Origin: Pirellulales bacterium
GTDB lineage: Bacteria; Planctomycetota; Planctomycetia; Pirellulales; PALSA-1355
Direction of reading: 5' to 3'
DNA length: 64,000 nucleotides
NCBI GenBank assembly: GCA_963733035.1
Contig: CAVTBU010000005.1
Location: forward strand, 1,920,001-1,984,000
Shown here: positions 23,802 through 34,212 of the stretch, in pieces
Position numbering within the stretch: the first letter of the stretch is position 1
Layout of the letters: each line of letters starts with the position of its first letter
Notes under the pieces: model-generated
Databases searched by the model: none
Seen by the model: only the letters and a program-made list of their open reading frames with translations
What the model was told of the DNA's origin: nothing
Made by a program: the position numbers and the translations under genes

Positions 23802-23964
23802 ATCATCGGACCGACACGCGCCGGGGACAGAGGTCTTCTTGCAAAGACTTCCGTCCCCGTTTGCTATTTCACGCCCCACGTGCGATTGCCTCGCCGGCGC
23901 GATCCGGCGATAATCGCCTGCACGAGAGTGGCGCCCGCGTGATGCAGTGACAGGAGCGAATGCG

Positions 23965-25782
23965 ATGACGAGCCGGGGCATTTTCAAGGTTGCGCGGGCG
24001 ATCGTCCTGCTCGGACTGATAGCCGCGGGCGCAAATCTCTTACACAGCATCGTGGCCGCCGGCGAAGCACGCCAGCAAGACCGTTCGCCGGTGGACCTGG
24101 TGCTTTCAGAAGATGGCAGCCATTTGCTCGTGGCCAATCAAACTGCCAATAGCGTTTCGCTGGTGCGCGTGGCCGACGGCAAGGTTCTTGTCGAGCTACC
24201 CTGCGGTGAACATCCGGTTGCGATCGCATTGTCGCCTGACGGACACCGAGTATTGGCAAGCGCCAGCTACAGCGGCGACTTGTGTCTGTTCGACTATCAC
24301 GATGCCGAACTTACGGCTGCAGGCCGCGTACACCTGGGATTTGAGCCGCATGGCATTGCCGTATCGCCCGACGGCCAGTTGGCCTATGTGGCCCTGGCCG
24401 GGTCGAATGAAATCGCGGTGGTCGATCTCAAAACCAAAGTGTGCGTCGACAGGGTCGAAGTGGGCCACTGGCCGCGTTACCTTTGTCTTTCACCGGATGG
24501 GACGCGTCTAGCGGTGGGTTGTAGCGGCGACGGAGGCATATCGGTCGTTGACACCAAAGACCGCACGGTGCTGTTCGACACCAAATTCGTGGGACTGAAC
24601 ATTGGCCACCTCGTGCCATCGGCCGACGGCCGTTACGCGTACTTTCCCTGGATGGTGTATGCCGATCGTCCGATTACACCCGGTAATATCAAGGAAGGTT
24701 GGGTGTTGGGTAATCGCGTGGCCCGCGTGAGGCTTGATGTCAAAGCGCGTCGTGAGGCTCTGGCACTAGACCCGCGCGGGAAAGGCGTGGCCGATCCCCA
24801 CGGCATTGCTCTGAGTCCGGATGAGAAATGGCTCGTCCTTTCGGCAGCCGGCACGCACGAACTCGTGGCTTTGCAACTCGATGGATTGCCGCTCCGCCCG
24901 GATGGTCCTGGTGATCATATGAAAGCTGATCTCGCGGCCGACCACGACCGCTTCGTGCGGATCCCTTTGGGCGGCAGACCGCTGGGGCTCCGCTTTGATG
25001 CGTCCGGGCAGCACGTGTATGTGGCGAACTATCTGGCCAACGCCGTGCAGATTGTGAATCTTGCGGAGCGTCGCGTCGAGCGTGAGATCCCGCTTGGCAG
25101 CGCGGCCGAACCGTCGCTGGTCCGGCGCGGCGAAGCCATCTTCTACGATGCGCAGCGGAGCGTCGATGGTTGGTACAGCTGTAACAGCTGTCACTACGAG
25201 GGACATACCAATGCCGTCACCATGGACACCCGCAACGACGGCTCGAACGGCACGTATAAGATGGTGCTGAGCCTGCGTAATGTCCACCACACCGGTCCCT
25301 GGTTCTGGCACGGCTGGCAAACCGACCTGAAAGCGGCGCTCGCGCGTAGCCTGGTCGAGAGCATGCAGGGCCCGAAGCCGTCGGATGAAGAAGTCGAACA
25401 GCTGGCGACGTTCCTGAGAACGCTCGCTCCCCCGCCGAATTCGCGGCGCGGCTCGGACGGCGGCCTGCCGGAACCGGCGCAGCGCGGGAAACAGGTTTTT
25501 CACAATGAAGTGGCAAATTGCGCCGCGTGCCACTCGGGCCCTTACTTCACGGATGGCGAAGTCCACGACGTGGGATTGGGCTCTGAATACGACAAGTACG
25601 AAGGCTACAACACGCCGTCACTGCTGGGTACTGCGAACCGCGTGCGCTATTTGCATCACGGCCGCGCGCTGTCGCTCGATGATTTGTTGAGCGACCTGCA
25701 CAGCCCCGCCAAAGTGTCTGGCACGCGAGAATTGACCGACCAGGAGCGGGCCGACCTGGTGGCTTACTTGCAGACGCTTTAA
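23965..25782 (+). CDS. Exported YVTN-type beta-propeller fused to a di-heme cytochrome c (CCP/MauG-like) domain
   Basis: Signal peptide, repeated P-x-x-I/L-A-L/V-SPDG blades, heme motifs CNSCH and CAACH, and LRNVHHTGPWFWHG, TPSLLG and YLHHG motifs. Confidence 0.85.
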   Translation: MTSRGIFKVARAIVLLGLIAAGANLLHSIVAAGEARQQDRSPVDLVLSEDGSHLLVANQTANSVSLVRVADGKVLVELPCGEHPVAIALSPDGHRVLASASYSGDLCLFDYHDAELTAAGRVHLGFEPHGIAVSPDGQLAYVALAGSNEIAVVDLKTKVCVDRVEVGHWPRYLCLSPDGTRLAVGCSGDGGISVVDTKDRTVLFDTKFVGLNIGHLVPSADGRYAYFPWMVYADRPITPGNIKEGWVLGNRVARVRLDVKARREALALDPRGKGVADPHGIALSPDEKWLVLSAAGTHELVALQLDGLPLRPDGPGDHMKADLAADHDRFVRIPLGGRPLGLRFDASGQHVYVANYLANAVQIVNLAERRVEREIPLGSAAEPSLVRRGEAIFYDAQRSVDGWYSCNSCHYEGHTNAVTMDTRNDGSNGTYKMVLSLRNVHHTGPWFWHGWQTDLKAALARSLVESMQGPKPSDEEVEQLATFLRTLAPPPNSRRGSDGGLPEPAQRGKQVFHNEVANCAACHSGPYFTDGEVHDVGLGSEYDKYEGYNTPSLLGTANRVRYLHHGRALSLDDLLSDLHSPAKVSGTRELTDQERADLVAYLQTL

Positions 25783-25792
25783 GACGTTTGCC

Positions 25793-26128
25793 CTATGCTC
25801 CGGACACCGGCGGTGTTGTCGGTGGCGGCGTCGTTGGCGGCGGAACCTGGGGCACCTGGCCCAAGGGTTGTCGCAATTGCGCGAGCGTGGCTTCCACCAA
25901 TTGCGCGCCTCCCTCGCCCATGCCATGATAGAGCTGACGCATGAAGAGCAGCGTCCTCTCGGCGGCATCTTCAAACTGCCATTGGCAATTCTCGAAGTGG
26001 CAGCCGCTGATCCGCGGAATCTGGCCGCCTCGAAATACCATCTTGCAACTCTCAAAGCGGCAATCCGTATAAGCATTGCCGTCGATGACCTCGGTCGCGT
26101 TGGTCATTGTCTTGCCGGAATGTTCCAT
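25793..26128 (-). CDS. Hypothetical protein with pentapeptide-like Cys-containing N-terminus and Pro-rich tail
   Basis: IDGNAYTDCRFESCKMVFRGG…GCHFENCQWQFEDAAERTL. The ORF is clean and converges on the cytochrome gene. Confidence 0.65.
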   Translation of the reverse strand: MEHSGKTMTNATEVIDGNAYTDCRFESCKMVFRGGQIPRISGCHFENCQWQFEDAAERTLLFMRQLYHGMGEGGAQLVEATLAQLRQPLGQVPQVPPPTTPPPTTPPVSGA

Positions 26129-26312
26129 GGAAAGTTTCGCCCGTTGTCAGAGATCGTCGAAGGGTGAACCAGCCGCTCAACTTACCGCGCTCTGGCAGCC
26201 GACGAAAGGGCCCCCTCACCGGGAAGTGGTGCCCGTTTCGTGTTAGAATTGCATCGCAAACCAACATCGCGAAGAAATCGCTTGGCCAACGACCCGAGAG
26301 AATTGATCGAAC

Positions 26313-27202
26313 ATGCTTGATTGTTTGCGCGTGGCCGCCGTAGCAGTCGATACGAAGCCGGGCCATCTCGACGAGAATGTCGAGAAGCTGGCACATTGGA
26401 TCGGTCAAGCCGCGTCAGCGGGCGCCCGGGCCGTGCTGTTTCCAGAATTGTCGCTGACGGGCTTCATTCCGAACCATCCGTTGGGGCAGCACGAGTCGTG
26501 GCTGCGGCGAGCCCTGTCCGAGGCCCGGCGCGCGGCGCTGCGACTTGACTCGCCACCGCTGGAATCCCTCCAGGCATTGGCCCGCCGTCACCAGATGCGC
26601 GTCTGTGTCGGCCTGCTCGAAGATGGCGGCAACTTGCTCTACAACGCACAGATTCTCATCGGTCCCGATGGCATCGAGGGCCATTGGCGCAAACTGCATG
26701 TGCCAATGTTCGAAACCCCTTTCTACCAGGGCGGCAGTACGGCCCCCGTTTCCGTCACTTCCGTCGGGCGATTGGGCGTGAACATCTGCTTCGACGTATT
26801 CATGCCGGAGTCGACGCGTTTGTTGGCGGTCCAAAACGTGGAAGTCGTGTTGATGCCGTTCGCAGCCGATCCACCACCGGCCACCCCGACGGGCTGGGCC
26901 AATTGGGCGTCGCCAGCCATCCGCGCCGCGCGGTTGAGAACGGCGTGTTTGCCGTGGCGTGCAACTATGTCGGCCACGTCGAATGCGCCGGCGTTGAACA
27001 GACTTTCCCCGGTGGCGGGCTGATCGTCTCCCCCCGCGGCGAGACGCTCGCCGACTGGTCCGCGCCGTCCGGCGAGTGCGGCATGATCGTAGCCGACCTG
27101 GAAGCTAGCACGTTGCAAGCCGCTCGAAGCGAACCTGAATACTTGTTTCGCTTTCGACGACCCGAGATCTATGGTCCGCTCTCAAAACCGTGCACAGGTT
27201 AA
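26313..27202 (+). CDS. Carbon-nitrogen hydrolase (nitrilase/amidase superfamily), with a frame break near 26925
   Basis: Catalytic triad motifs LFPELSLTG (E), WRKLH (K) and NICFD (C). The C-terminus RAVENGVFAVACN…RRPEIY continues in the 26684 frame. Confidence 0.88.
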
Positions 27203-27391
27203 CCGGGCTCGACCGGTGTCGCGATATCGGATATTGGTGACGGGGCTTGGGGCGCCACGACAAGCCCAAACCGTTCGGTGTGGTCCTCATCAAAATCACA
27301 TGGCAGGACGGTTTGCCGCCGCTGTTGGGCCGGGCGATAATAGGGGTGACGGTCGGCAACACGCGGGCGACCCAAGGTCGGAAGGGGAAGC

Positions 27392-29656
27392 ATGTCACGC
27401 AATCCAGCCACTCTCGTCGGGTGGATCGCAGTTGTCTATCTGATCGCCGGCGGCGGCAATCGCACGTTCGGGGCCGAAGCCGCGCAAGACGCCAATCAAC
27501 CTCCCACGGCCGCGGCGCTGAGCCCAGCCGAGGAAGTTCAAGCCCACCGATTGGCACAGGACGTTACCATCTATCGCGACGCCTGGGGCGTGCCGCACGT
27601 TCACGGGAAAACGGACCGCCACGTGATGTTCGGGTATGCCTATGTTCAGGCGGAAGACTTCTTCTGGCAGGTCGAAGACACCTACATCCTTAGCCTCGGT
27701 CGCTATGCGGAAGTGCACGGCCCCAAGGGGCTGAACAGTGACACGTTGAATCGGGCGTTCGAAGTCGTGCCCATGTCGCGGGCCGCTTACCGCGAGCTCG
27801 AACCAAAGTACCAGGAGTTGTGCGCTGCGTTCGCGCTGGGCCTCAACTACTATCTAGCGACCCATCCCGACACCAAGCCGCGCATGATCACGCATTTTGA
27901 GCCTTGGCAAATGCTGGCGTATGGGCGCCAGGTGCTTTTGGAGTTGACGTTCCGCTATACGCGGCTGTCGCACAACTACCTGCCGCGCTCGCACAATCAG
28001 GTTTGGGCCGCCTCGGGCTCCAATGGCTGGGCCATCGCGCCCCAACGGACTGCCTCGGGTCATGCCATGTTGTTCGTCAATCCGCATTTGCCGTGGTTTG
28101 GTTTCTCGCAAATGTACGAGGCGCACCTCAAAAGCGACGAAGGGTGGTCGTTCGCGGGTGCCACGATGTATGGAAACTGCGTACCAACCCTGGGCCACAA
28201 TGAGCACCTGGGATGGACCTACACGACCAATGAGCCCGACATTGCCGACGTTTGGCGTGTGACGTTCGACGACCCTGAGCATCCGCTCCGCTACCGATAC
28301 GCAGAGGGCTATCGCGAGGCCACCGAATGGGGCGAGACAATTAAGATCCAGCAGGGAAATCGCCTCGTCAACCGCGTGGTCAAGTTTCGCAAGACGCACT
28401 ACGGACCGGTCGTAGTCAAGGAAGATGATGAGCATTACCTGGCGGCACGGATCGCAGGTCTCGATAGCGTGCGGATGATGCGTCAACAGTTGGAATGCGT
28501 CAAGGTGCGCAACTTCGAAGAGTTCGAGAAAGCCCTGAACATGCAGCAGTTCCCGATCATGAACGTGATCTATGCCGACAAGGCCGGCAACATCATGTTT
28601 CTGTATAACGGGCTTGTGCCACGACGCGACCCGGCCTTCAACTGGAGCCGGCCGGTCGATGGCGCCGATCCTCGCACCGACTGGAACGGGCTGCACGCCG
28701 TCAAGGAACTGCCGCGCGTCTTCAATCCGGTGGATGGCTTTGTGCAGAACTGCAATTCCAGTCCGTTTACCACCTGTGATACGGGTAACCCGAACCCGGC
28801 CGACTTCCCCCCGTACATGGTTGAGGATGCCGACGACGACAAGCGGCGGGCCAAGATGTCGCGACAGATTCTACGCGAAATGCAAGGCGTGACGTTCGAG
28901 GACATGGAGCGGGCGGCTTACGATACGAAACTGTATTGGCCGCAGGAGAACCTGCCCAAATACGCCACACAACTCGAGCAACTTCGCCAGACCGATCCGA
29001 AGCTGGCGGCCGACGTCGCACCCTACCTGGAACATCTGCTCGATTGGGATTGCCGAGTGACGCCAGAGAGCACCCAGGCGCCGCTTTGCGAAGCCTGGTA
29101 CGAAGAACTTTACGGTATGGACTATCCGGCCGAAAACCTGCTGCCGAAGTATGTCGACCACCCGGACCGACAGTTCGAAGCGCTGATCACCGCGGCCCGC
29201 AAACTCAAGTCCCGTCATGGAGACTGGCGAATCGCTTGGGCGGATTTATTCCGAAGTCAACGGCAAGCGCACCTGGTCGATTTGCTGGAAATTGCTTTCG
29301 ATGACAACAAACCCAGCCTGCCCACCTTGGCGGCACCTGGTCCGCTGGGCGTGGTATTTACGCAGTACTATTCACCCTCGATCAAGATTCCTTTCGTGAT
29401 GTCGATGAACAAGCGGTATGGATTGGTGGGCACGAGCTATATGGCCGTTTACGAGTTTGGTCCGCAAGTTCGTGGAGCCAGTGTGCTCAACTACGGGCAG
29501 AGCGGAGATCCGGACTCGCCGCACTACTTCGACCAGGCACATTTACTCTCGCAGTGCAAGCTCAAGCCCGACTTGTTCGTCTGGGCGGATGTCGTGGCGG
29601 GGGCGCGACAGGTCTATCACCCCGGAGAACCGCCGCTGGAACGCGTGGCACACTAG
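27392..29656 (+). CDS. Penicillin acylase family Ntn-hydrolase (PvdQ/AHL-acylase/GL-7-ACA acylase-like), exported
   Basis: Signal peptide, IYRDAWGVPHV, YVQAED, beta-chain nucleophile GSNGWAIAP, NPHLPW, NVIYAD, QNCNS and GQSGDPDSPHYFDQA. Confidence 0.92.
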   Translation: MSRNPATLVGWIAVVYLIAGGGNRTFGAEAAQDANQPPTAAALSPAEEVQAHRLAQDVTIYRDAWGVPHVHGKTDRHVMFGYAYVQAEDFFWQVEDTYILSLGRYAEVHGPKGLNSDTLNRAFEVVPMSRAAYRELEPKYQELCAAFALGLNYYLATHPDTKPRMITHFEPWQMLAYGRQVLLELTFRYTRLSHNYLPRSHNQVWAASGSNGWAIAPQRTASGHAMLFVNPHLPWFGFSQMYEAHLKSDEGWSFAGATMYGNCVPTLGHNEHLGWTYTTNEPDIADVWRVTFDDPEHPLRYRYAEGYREATEWGETIKIQQGNRLVNRVVKFRKTHYGPVVVKEDDEHYLAARIAGLDSVRMMRQQLECVKVRNFEEFEKALNMQQFPIMNVIYADKAGNIMFLYNGLVPRRDPAFNWSRPVDGADPRTDWNGLHAVKELPRVFNPVDGFVQNCNSSPFTTCDTGNPNPADFPPYMVEDADDDKRRAKMSRQILREMQGVTFEDMERAAYDTKLYWPQENLPKYATQLEQLRQTDPKLAADVAPYLEHLLDWDCRVTPESTQAPLCEAWYEELYGMDYPAENLLPKYVDHPDRQFEALITAARKLKSRHGDWRIAWADLFRSQRQAHLVDLLEIAFDDNKPSLPTLAAPGPLGVVFTQYYSPSIKIPFVMSMNKRYGLVGTSYMAVYEFGPQVRGASVLNYGQSGDPDSPHYFDQAHLLSQCKLKPDLFVWADVVAGARQVYHPGEPPLERVAH

Positions 29657-29692
29657 CGGTTGAAAGCCACCTTGCTACGCGCGACGCACCGA

Positions 29693-29929
29693 CTAGCGCA
29701 CGCCGAGATTGCGTTCAATGTCGCGGGCTTTCGCGTCGATGCCCGTGAATCGCCGCTGGTCGCCGGGAGGCCGCAGGTTTTCGGTCAAAGCGTTCACCTC
29801 GTCGTCGTAGCCCTGACCACGCCAACTCCAGATGCCCGTGCCTTCATGCCACGATTGGCAACCGTGGGCACAAACCACGACGATCGCCAGAAGAAGCGCA
29901 ACGATAGTCGACGGGCGGATGCGCAACAT
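29693..29929 (-). CDS. Small putative lipoprotein (78 aa)
   Basis: MLRIRPSTIVALLLAIVVVCAHGC is a lipobox-like signal, and the C-terminus is GIDAKARDIERNLGVR. Confidence 0.6.
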   Translation of the reverse strand: MLRIRPSTIVALLLAIVVVCAHGCQSWHEGTGIWSWRGQGYDDEVNALTENLRPPGDQRRFTGIDAKARDIERNLGVR

Positions 29930-30062
29930 CGCACTAGGGACGGGTGGTTGAGGGGATTTAGGCGAAAACGCGGCCGAGAGTGTGCCAAACGTATCTACCC
30001 GCGTCCAGAGCATTTTGACCGTTTGACGGACTTGCCGCGGCAGGCGTGCTAGCATTTGCCGG

Positions 30063-30437
30063 CTAGCGATAGGCAGGACTCGAACAAAGCTCGCGCAGAT
30101 GCTCGGCCGACGTGCCGCCCGAGAAGCGATTCACCTCGCTGCCATTCTCCAAGAACACAAAAGTCGGCACGGCGCGAATGCCATATTGGTCTGCCAGTGC
30201 TCGGTGTCGATCGATGTCAACGTCGCGCATGTGATACCCCTGCCGGCGTAGCTTCTTGACGATGGGCTTCATCTGCCGACAAGGTCCGCACCAAGTCGCG
30301 TTGAAGAACAAGACTTCTCCCTTGGTGGGCAAGGTAAATTGCTCGACATCCATGCGAGGCGTGTAGTACTCCTTGTACCAAACCACCATGGCCGCGGGCG
30401 CAATCAACAAGAACAGACAAACAAGATAGACTCGCAT
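30063..30437 (-). CDS. Membrane-anchored or exported thioredoxin family protein
   Basis: Hydrophobic N-terminus, FNATWCGPCRQM active site and YGIRAVPTFV cis-Pro motif. Confidence 0.9.
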   Translation of the reverse strand: MRVYLVCLFLLIAPAAMVVWYKEYYTPRMDVEQFTLPTKGEVLFFNATWCGPCRQMKPIVKKLRRQGYHMRDVDIDRHRALADQYGIRAVPTFVFLENGSEVNRFSGGTSAEHLRELCSSPAYR

Positions 30438-30711
30438 AGCAATCAACCTTCGAATCCGAACCCTCGGAACCGACCCGAAATGCGTTCCGCAACGATGAAC
30501 GCGCGACCGATCCGCCCATACACAGTTATTCTGCGAATTGCTACAAAAACGCTAGCTCAAACGAGGTGCCGCGGCAAAAGCGAGCGGTTCGGTTAGCCGG
30601 ATTAGTGCGGTCGCGCGGGAGGTGGCATTCGCCAGGGACGCTACGTATCATGAATTCTCGCGGGCCGGCAGTTCACGCGAGCCCGGAATGGTTGGAAAGA
30701 GTGAGAATTTC

Positions 30712-32121
30712 ATGAAGCGACGGCGCTGTCCACTTCTGCTCGGGCTGGCAATGATCCTGGTCGCTGGGCCGGTACCGCCAGCCTCGTCGGCGGTGGAGGA
30801 GGCTGTTGCGCTGGCCAAAGACGACGGATATCGCGGCCTGTGGTATGCCGTGCAAAAGACGGGCGACGCTTACGCCTACAAGTATTCCGGCGGCATGCCG
30901 ACCTATCCGCAGCAACATCTGCCGATTGCCGTCTACGCTCCTGCGGTCAACAAGACGTTTTTCGTCTATGGCGGCTCGCCAAGCGAGCGGAGAACGTGCC
31001 TGCACATGGTGTCCTACTTCGACCATGCCACGGGAATGGTTCCTCGACCACGCATTTTGCTCGACAAGCACACCGACGATGCCCACGATAATCCCACGCT
31101 GACGATCGATCGCGACGGGCACCTGTGGATTTTTTCGAATTCGCACGGCACGTCGCGCCCGTCGTTCATTCATCGCAGCGCCGAGCCCTACTCGATCGAG
31201 AAGTTCGAGCGCGTGGCCACGACAAACTTCTCCTACGGCCAACCTTGGTCGATGGACGATGGTAGCCTGCTGCTGATGCACACGCGTTACGCGGCGGGGC
31301 ATCGCGAAATGTTCGTGATGACCAGCCGCGACGGTCTCACTTGGAACGAACCGCTCCCGCTATCGCGAATCGCCCAGGGGCACTATCAAGTCAGCTGGTC
31401 TGACGGCCGCCGCGTGGCCACCGCGTTCAACTACCATCCCGAAAAGGGAGGTTTGAATGCCCGCACGAATCTTTATTACATGGCCAGCGACGACCGCGGC
31501 GCGACCTGGAAGAATATCGCCGGAACGGTCCTCGAGCTTCCGCTAACGGAAGTCGCGAACGGGGCGCAGGTGCGCGACTATCAGTCAGAAGACCAGCTCG
31601 TTTACCTAAAACAACTGCAGTTCGACGCGGACGGGAATCCGCTCATCCTGTTCCTGACCAGCCGAGGTTTCGCCCCCGGCCCCGAAAATGATCCGCGCGT
31701 CTGGCACACCGCGAGATGGGATGGACAAGTGTGGGACATCCGAGACATTACGACTTCCGACCACAATTACGACTTCGGCTCGCTCTACCTGGAACCCGGC
31801 AACGTCTGGCGTTTGATTGCCCCAACCGCACCGGGTGCCCAGCCGTTCTGCACTGGAGGCGATATGGAATTGTGGACTAGTAACGACGAGGGGTGCATCT
31901 GGCACAAACAAAAGACGCTGACTCACGACCGTCGTTATAATCACTCATTCGCCCGGCAGCCGCTCGGTGCGCATCCGGAATTCTATGCCCTCTGGGGCGA
32001 CGGCGACACGCATCAGCCGTCGGATTCGTCGCTCTATTTCACCGATCGCGAAGCTACGCACGTCTGGCGGCTACCGAGGAGCATGGAAACGGATCCGGCC
32101 AAACCGGAAATCGCCTGGTAA
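30712..32121 (+). CDS. Exported BNR-4 (Asp-box) repeat beta-propeller protein, possibly carbohydrate-active
   Basis: Signal peptide MKRRRCPLLLG, DAHDNPTL, and Asp-boxes TSRDGLTW, ASDDRGATW and TSNDEGCIW. Confidence 0.8.
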   Translation: MKRRRCPLLLGLAMILVAGPVPPASSAVEEAVALAKDDGYRGLWYAVQKTGDAYAYKYSGGMPTYPQQHLPIAVYAPAVNKTFFVYGGSPSERRTCLHMVSYFDHATGMVPRPRILLDKHTDDAHDNPTLTIDRDGHLWIFSNSHGTSRPSFIHRSAEPYSIEKFERVATTNFSYGQPWSMDDGSLLLMHTRYAAGHREMFVMTSRDGLTWNEPLPLSRIAQGHYQVSWSDGRRVATAFNYHPEKGGLNARTNLYYMASDDRGATWKNIAGTVLELPLTEVANGAQVRDYQSEDQLVYLKQLQFDADGNPLILFLTSRGFAPGPENDPRVWHTARWDGQVWDIRDITTSDHNYDFGSLYLEPGNVWRLIAPTAPGAQPFCTGGDMELWTSNDEGCIWHKQKTLTHDRRYNHSFARQPLGAHPEFYALWGDGDTHQPSDSSLYFTDREATHVWRLPRSMETDPAKPEIAW

Positions 32122-32165
32122 TTTCCCAATCGCAACAGAACGCTGCAACGGAAGAGAGTTAAACG

Positions 32166-32558
32166 ATGCAAAAGTGGATTGGACTAGTAGTCGTGGCGGC
32201 CGTGCTTACGACGTCAACCGCCGTTTTGATTGCCCGAGCTGACGAGGATCCCAAAGTGATCCGCCACATTGTGCTCTACAAGTTTAAAGACGATTTGAAA
32301 CCCGGCGAAGTGCAGGAGGTGATTGATACGTTTGCTGCCTTGCCCAAGAAAATCCCAACCATCATGGACTTCGAACACGGTACGAACGTCAGCCCTGAGG
32401 GAAAATCAGAAGGCTTGACCCACGCATTCGTGGTCACGTTTGCCGACGAGGAGGGCCGCGACATGTACCTCAAACACCCGGCACACCTGGCTTACGTCGA
32501 CGTCGTCAAGAACAGGCGTGAAAAGGTTGTCGTGTTTGACTACTGGGCCGACGAATGA
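32166..32558 (+). CDS. Dabb family (stress-responsive alpha/beta barrel) protein with signal peptide
   Basis: IRHIVLYKFK, GTNVSPE, THAFVVTF and YLKHPAH motifs. Confidence 0.88.
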   Translation: MQKWIGLVVVAAVLTTSTAVLIARADEDPKVIRHIVLYKFKDDLKPGEVQEVIDTFAALPKKIPTIMDFEHGTNVSPEGKSEGLTHAFVVTFADEEGRDMYLKHPAHLAYVDVVKNRREKVVVFDYWADE

Positions 32559-33370
32559 TCGCCAGCGTTTTAAGATGGCTGACCATTCTCATCGCCTGCT
32601 CCGTCGTCCTGTTGCAATACGCAGGTGGCGCATGCCTTGCCGAAATGCCTTCGGTCACACGACTGCGGGTGCTGTCATACAACATCCATCACGGCGAAGG
32701 CGTTGACGGCAAGCTCGACCTGGAACGGATCGCCGCGGTCATTCGCGGCGCTGAGCCCGACCTTGTGGCTCTGCAAGAGGTCGATCGCAACACGGCGCGA
32801 ACGAAGCATGTCGATCAGCCCCGGCAGCTCGGGCGATTGACAGGCATGCCGGTTGTCTTCGGCCGCAACATTCCTTACGAGGGGGGTGAGTATGGCAATG
32901 CCGTGCTCTCGCGGCGGCCAATCAAACGGCACGAGAATCACCCTCTGCCCTCCCTCGGACCGGGTGAGCGGCGCGGCGTTCTGGAGGTTGAAATCGAACT
33001 TGCCGACCGTCGACCACTACTGTTCTTTGTCACGCACTTGGATCATCGAATGGCCGACCGCGAACGAATTGCATCGGCCAAGGCGATCAACGAGCAAGTG
33101 TCGAAATCCAACACTTCATTGGCGATCCTGGCGGGTGATTTGAACGACTTTCCGCAGAGCGAGACGCTACGCATCTTTGGACGGGCCTGGCGAGTCCCCC
33201 AAGAACAGCCGCTGCCAACCGTGCCGGCCGACCAACCGCGACGACAGATCGACTTTATCCTGGTACGTCCTCAGCAGGGTTGGAAGGTCGCGGACGTGCG
33301 AGTCCTTGACGAGCCAGTGGCGTCGGACCACCGCCCCCTATTGGCAACGTTCGAATTGCCGTTGCCGTAG
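32555..33370 (+). CDS. Endonuclease/exonuclease/phosphatase (EEP) family protein, exported
   Basis: LSYNIHHG, LQEVD, YGNAVLSR, THLD, GDLN, IDFIL and SDHRP motifs. Confidence 0.92.
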   Translation: MIASVLRWLTILIACSVVLLQYAGGACLAEMPSVTRLRVLSYNIHHGEGVDGKLDLERIAAVIRGAEPDLVALQEVDRNTARTKHVDQPRQLGRLTGMPVVFGRNIPYEGGEYGNAVLSRRPIKRHENHPLPSLGPGERRGVLEVEIELADRRPLLFFVTHLDHRMADRERIASAKAINEQVSKSNTSLAILAGDLNDFPQSETLRIFGRAWRVPQEQPLPTVPADQPRRQIDFILVRPQQGWKVADVRVLDEPVASDHRPLLATFELPLP

Positions 33371-33418
33371 GCTCATCAATGCTGCTTTTCGGGTTAGAAC
33401 CTTACAATCGGGTGCTTC

Positions 33419-34081
33419 ATGCCGGCGATGATTTTTGACCTCGATGGGACGCTCATCGATACGGTCTACGGACACGTGCTAGCCTGGCAACGGGCGTTTG
33501 AGGAAGAGGGAATGGCCATCGACGGCTGGCAGGTTCATCGCCGTATTGGAATGAGCGGCGGGCTCTTTGTGCGAGCCGCCGCACGAGAGCTGAATCGGAC
33601 GCTCACGCCCGCGGAGGTCAAACACCTGCAGGACAAACACAGCAGCTATTTTCGCGAGTTTCTGCCTACGCGGCGACCGCTCCCGGGAGCGGTCGAACTC
33701 CTGGAACAGCTCGGTAAATTGAACGTCACGTATGGCATTGCCACTTCCGGCCGGCGGCCAGACATCGATGCTTCGCTGGCGGCTCTGAACATTCCGAGCC
33801 ACATCGTCGTGATCGAGCGCGGCGACGTCGAGCGGGCCAAGCCCGAGCCCGATTTGTTTCTGGCCTGTCAACGGAAGCTGGGCGTCGAGGCGTCCGATTG
33901 CTACGTCATCGGCGACGCTGTCTGGGACCTATTGGCCGCCCGCCGTGCCGGCATGCTGAGTGTTGGGCTACTCAGTGGCGGTTACGGCGAAGACGAACTC
34001 GCCCGGGCCGGCGCGTTCCGCGTCTACCGCGACGCGGCCGAGCTTCTGGCCTCGCTCGATGAATTGGGCGTACTCAGGTAG
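33419..34081 (+). CDS. HAD-superfamily hydrolase (class IA)
   Basis: FDLDGTL motif I, ATS motif II, KPEPD motif III and GDAVWD motif IV. Confidence 0.92.
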   Translation: MPAMIFDLDGTLIDTVYGHVLAWQRAFEEEGMAIDGWQVHRRIGMSGGLFVRAAARELNRTLTPAEVKHLQDKHSSYFREFLPTRRPLPGAVELLEQLGKLNVTYGIATSGRRPDIDASLAALNIPSHIVVIERGDVERAKPEPDLFLACQRKLGVEASDCYVIGDAVWDLLAARRAGMLSVGLLSGGYGEDELARAGAFRVYRDAAELLASLDELGVLR

Positions 34082-34212
34082 ATTGAAACGACTCCAATCG
34101 AAGCTGCTCGTTACTTTCGGGTTGGCTAGGCAACAACACGTTGTGTCTGAAACGACCTTGCCCTCGCGTATATTGGGCCGCAATCGCTTGCCGAAATCGA
34201 ATCTCGCATCAA

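Noticed and set aside
23965..25782. Hydrazine synthase / anammox marker
   Set aside because: The resemblance is architectural only. There is no alpha subunit or other anammox gene, and the gene context is heterotrophic Pirellulales-like.
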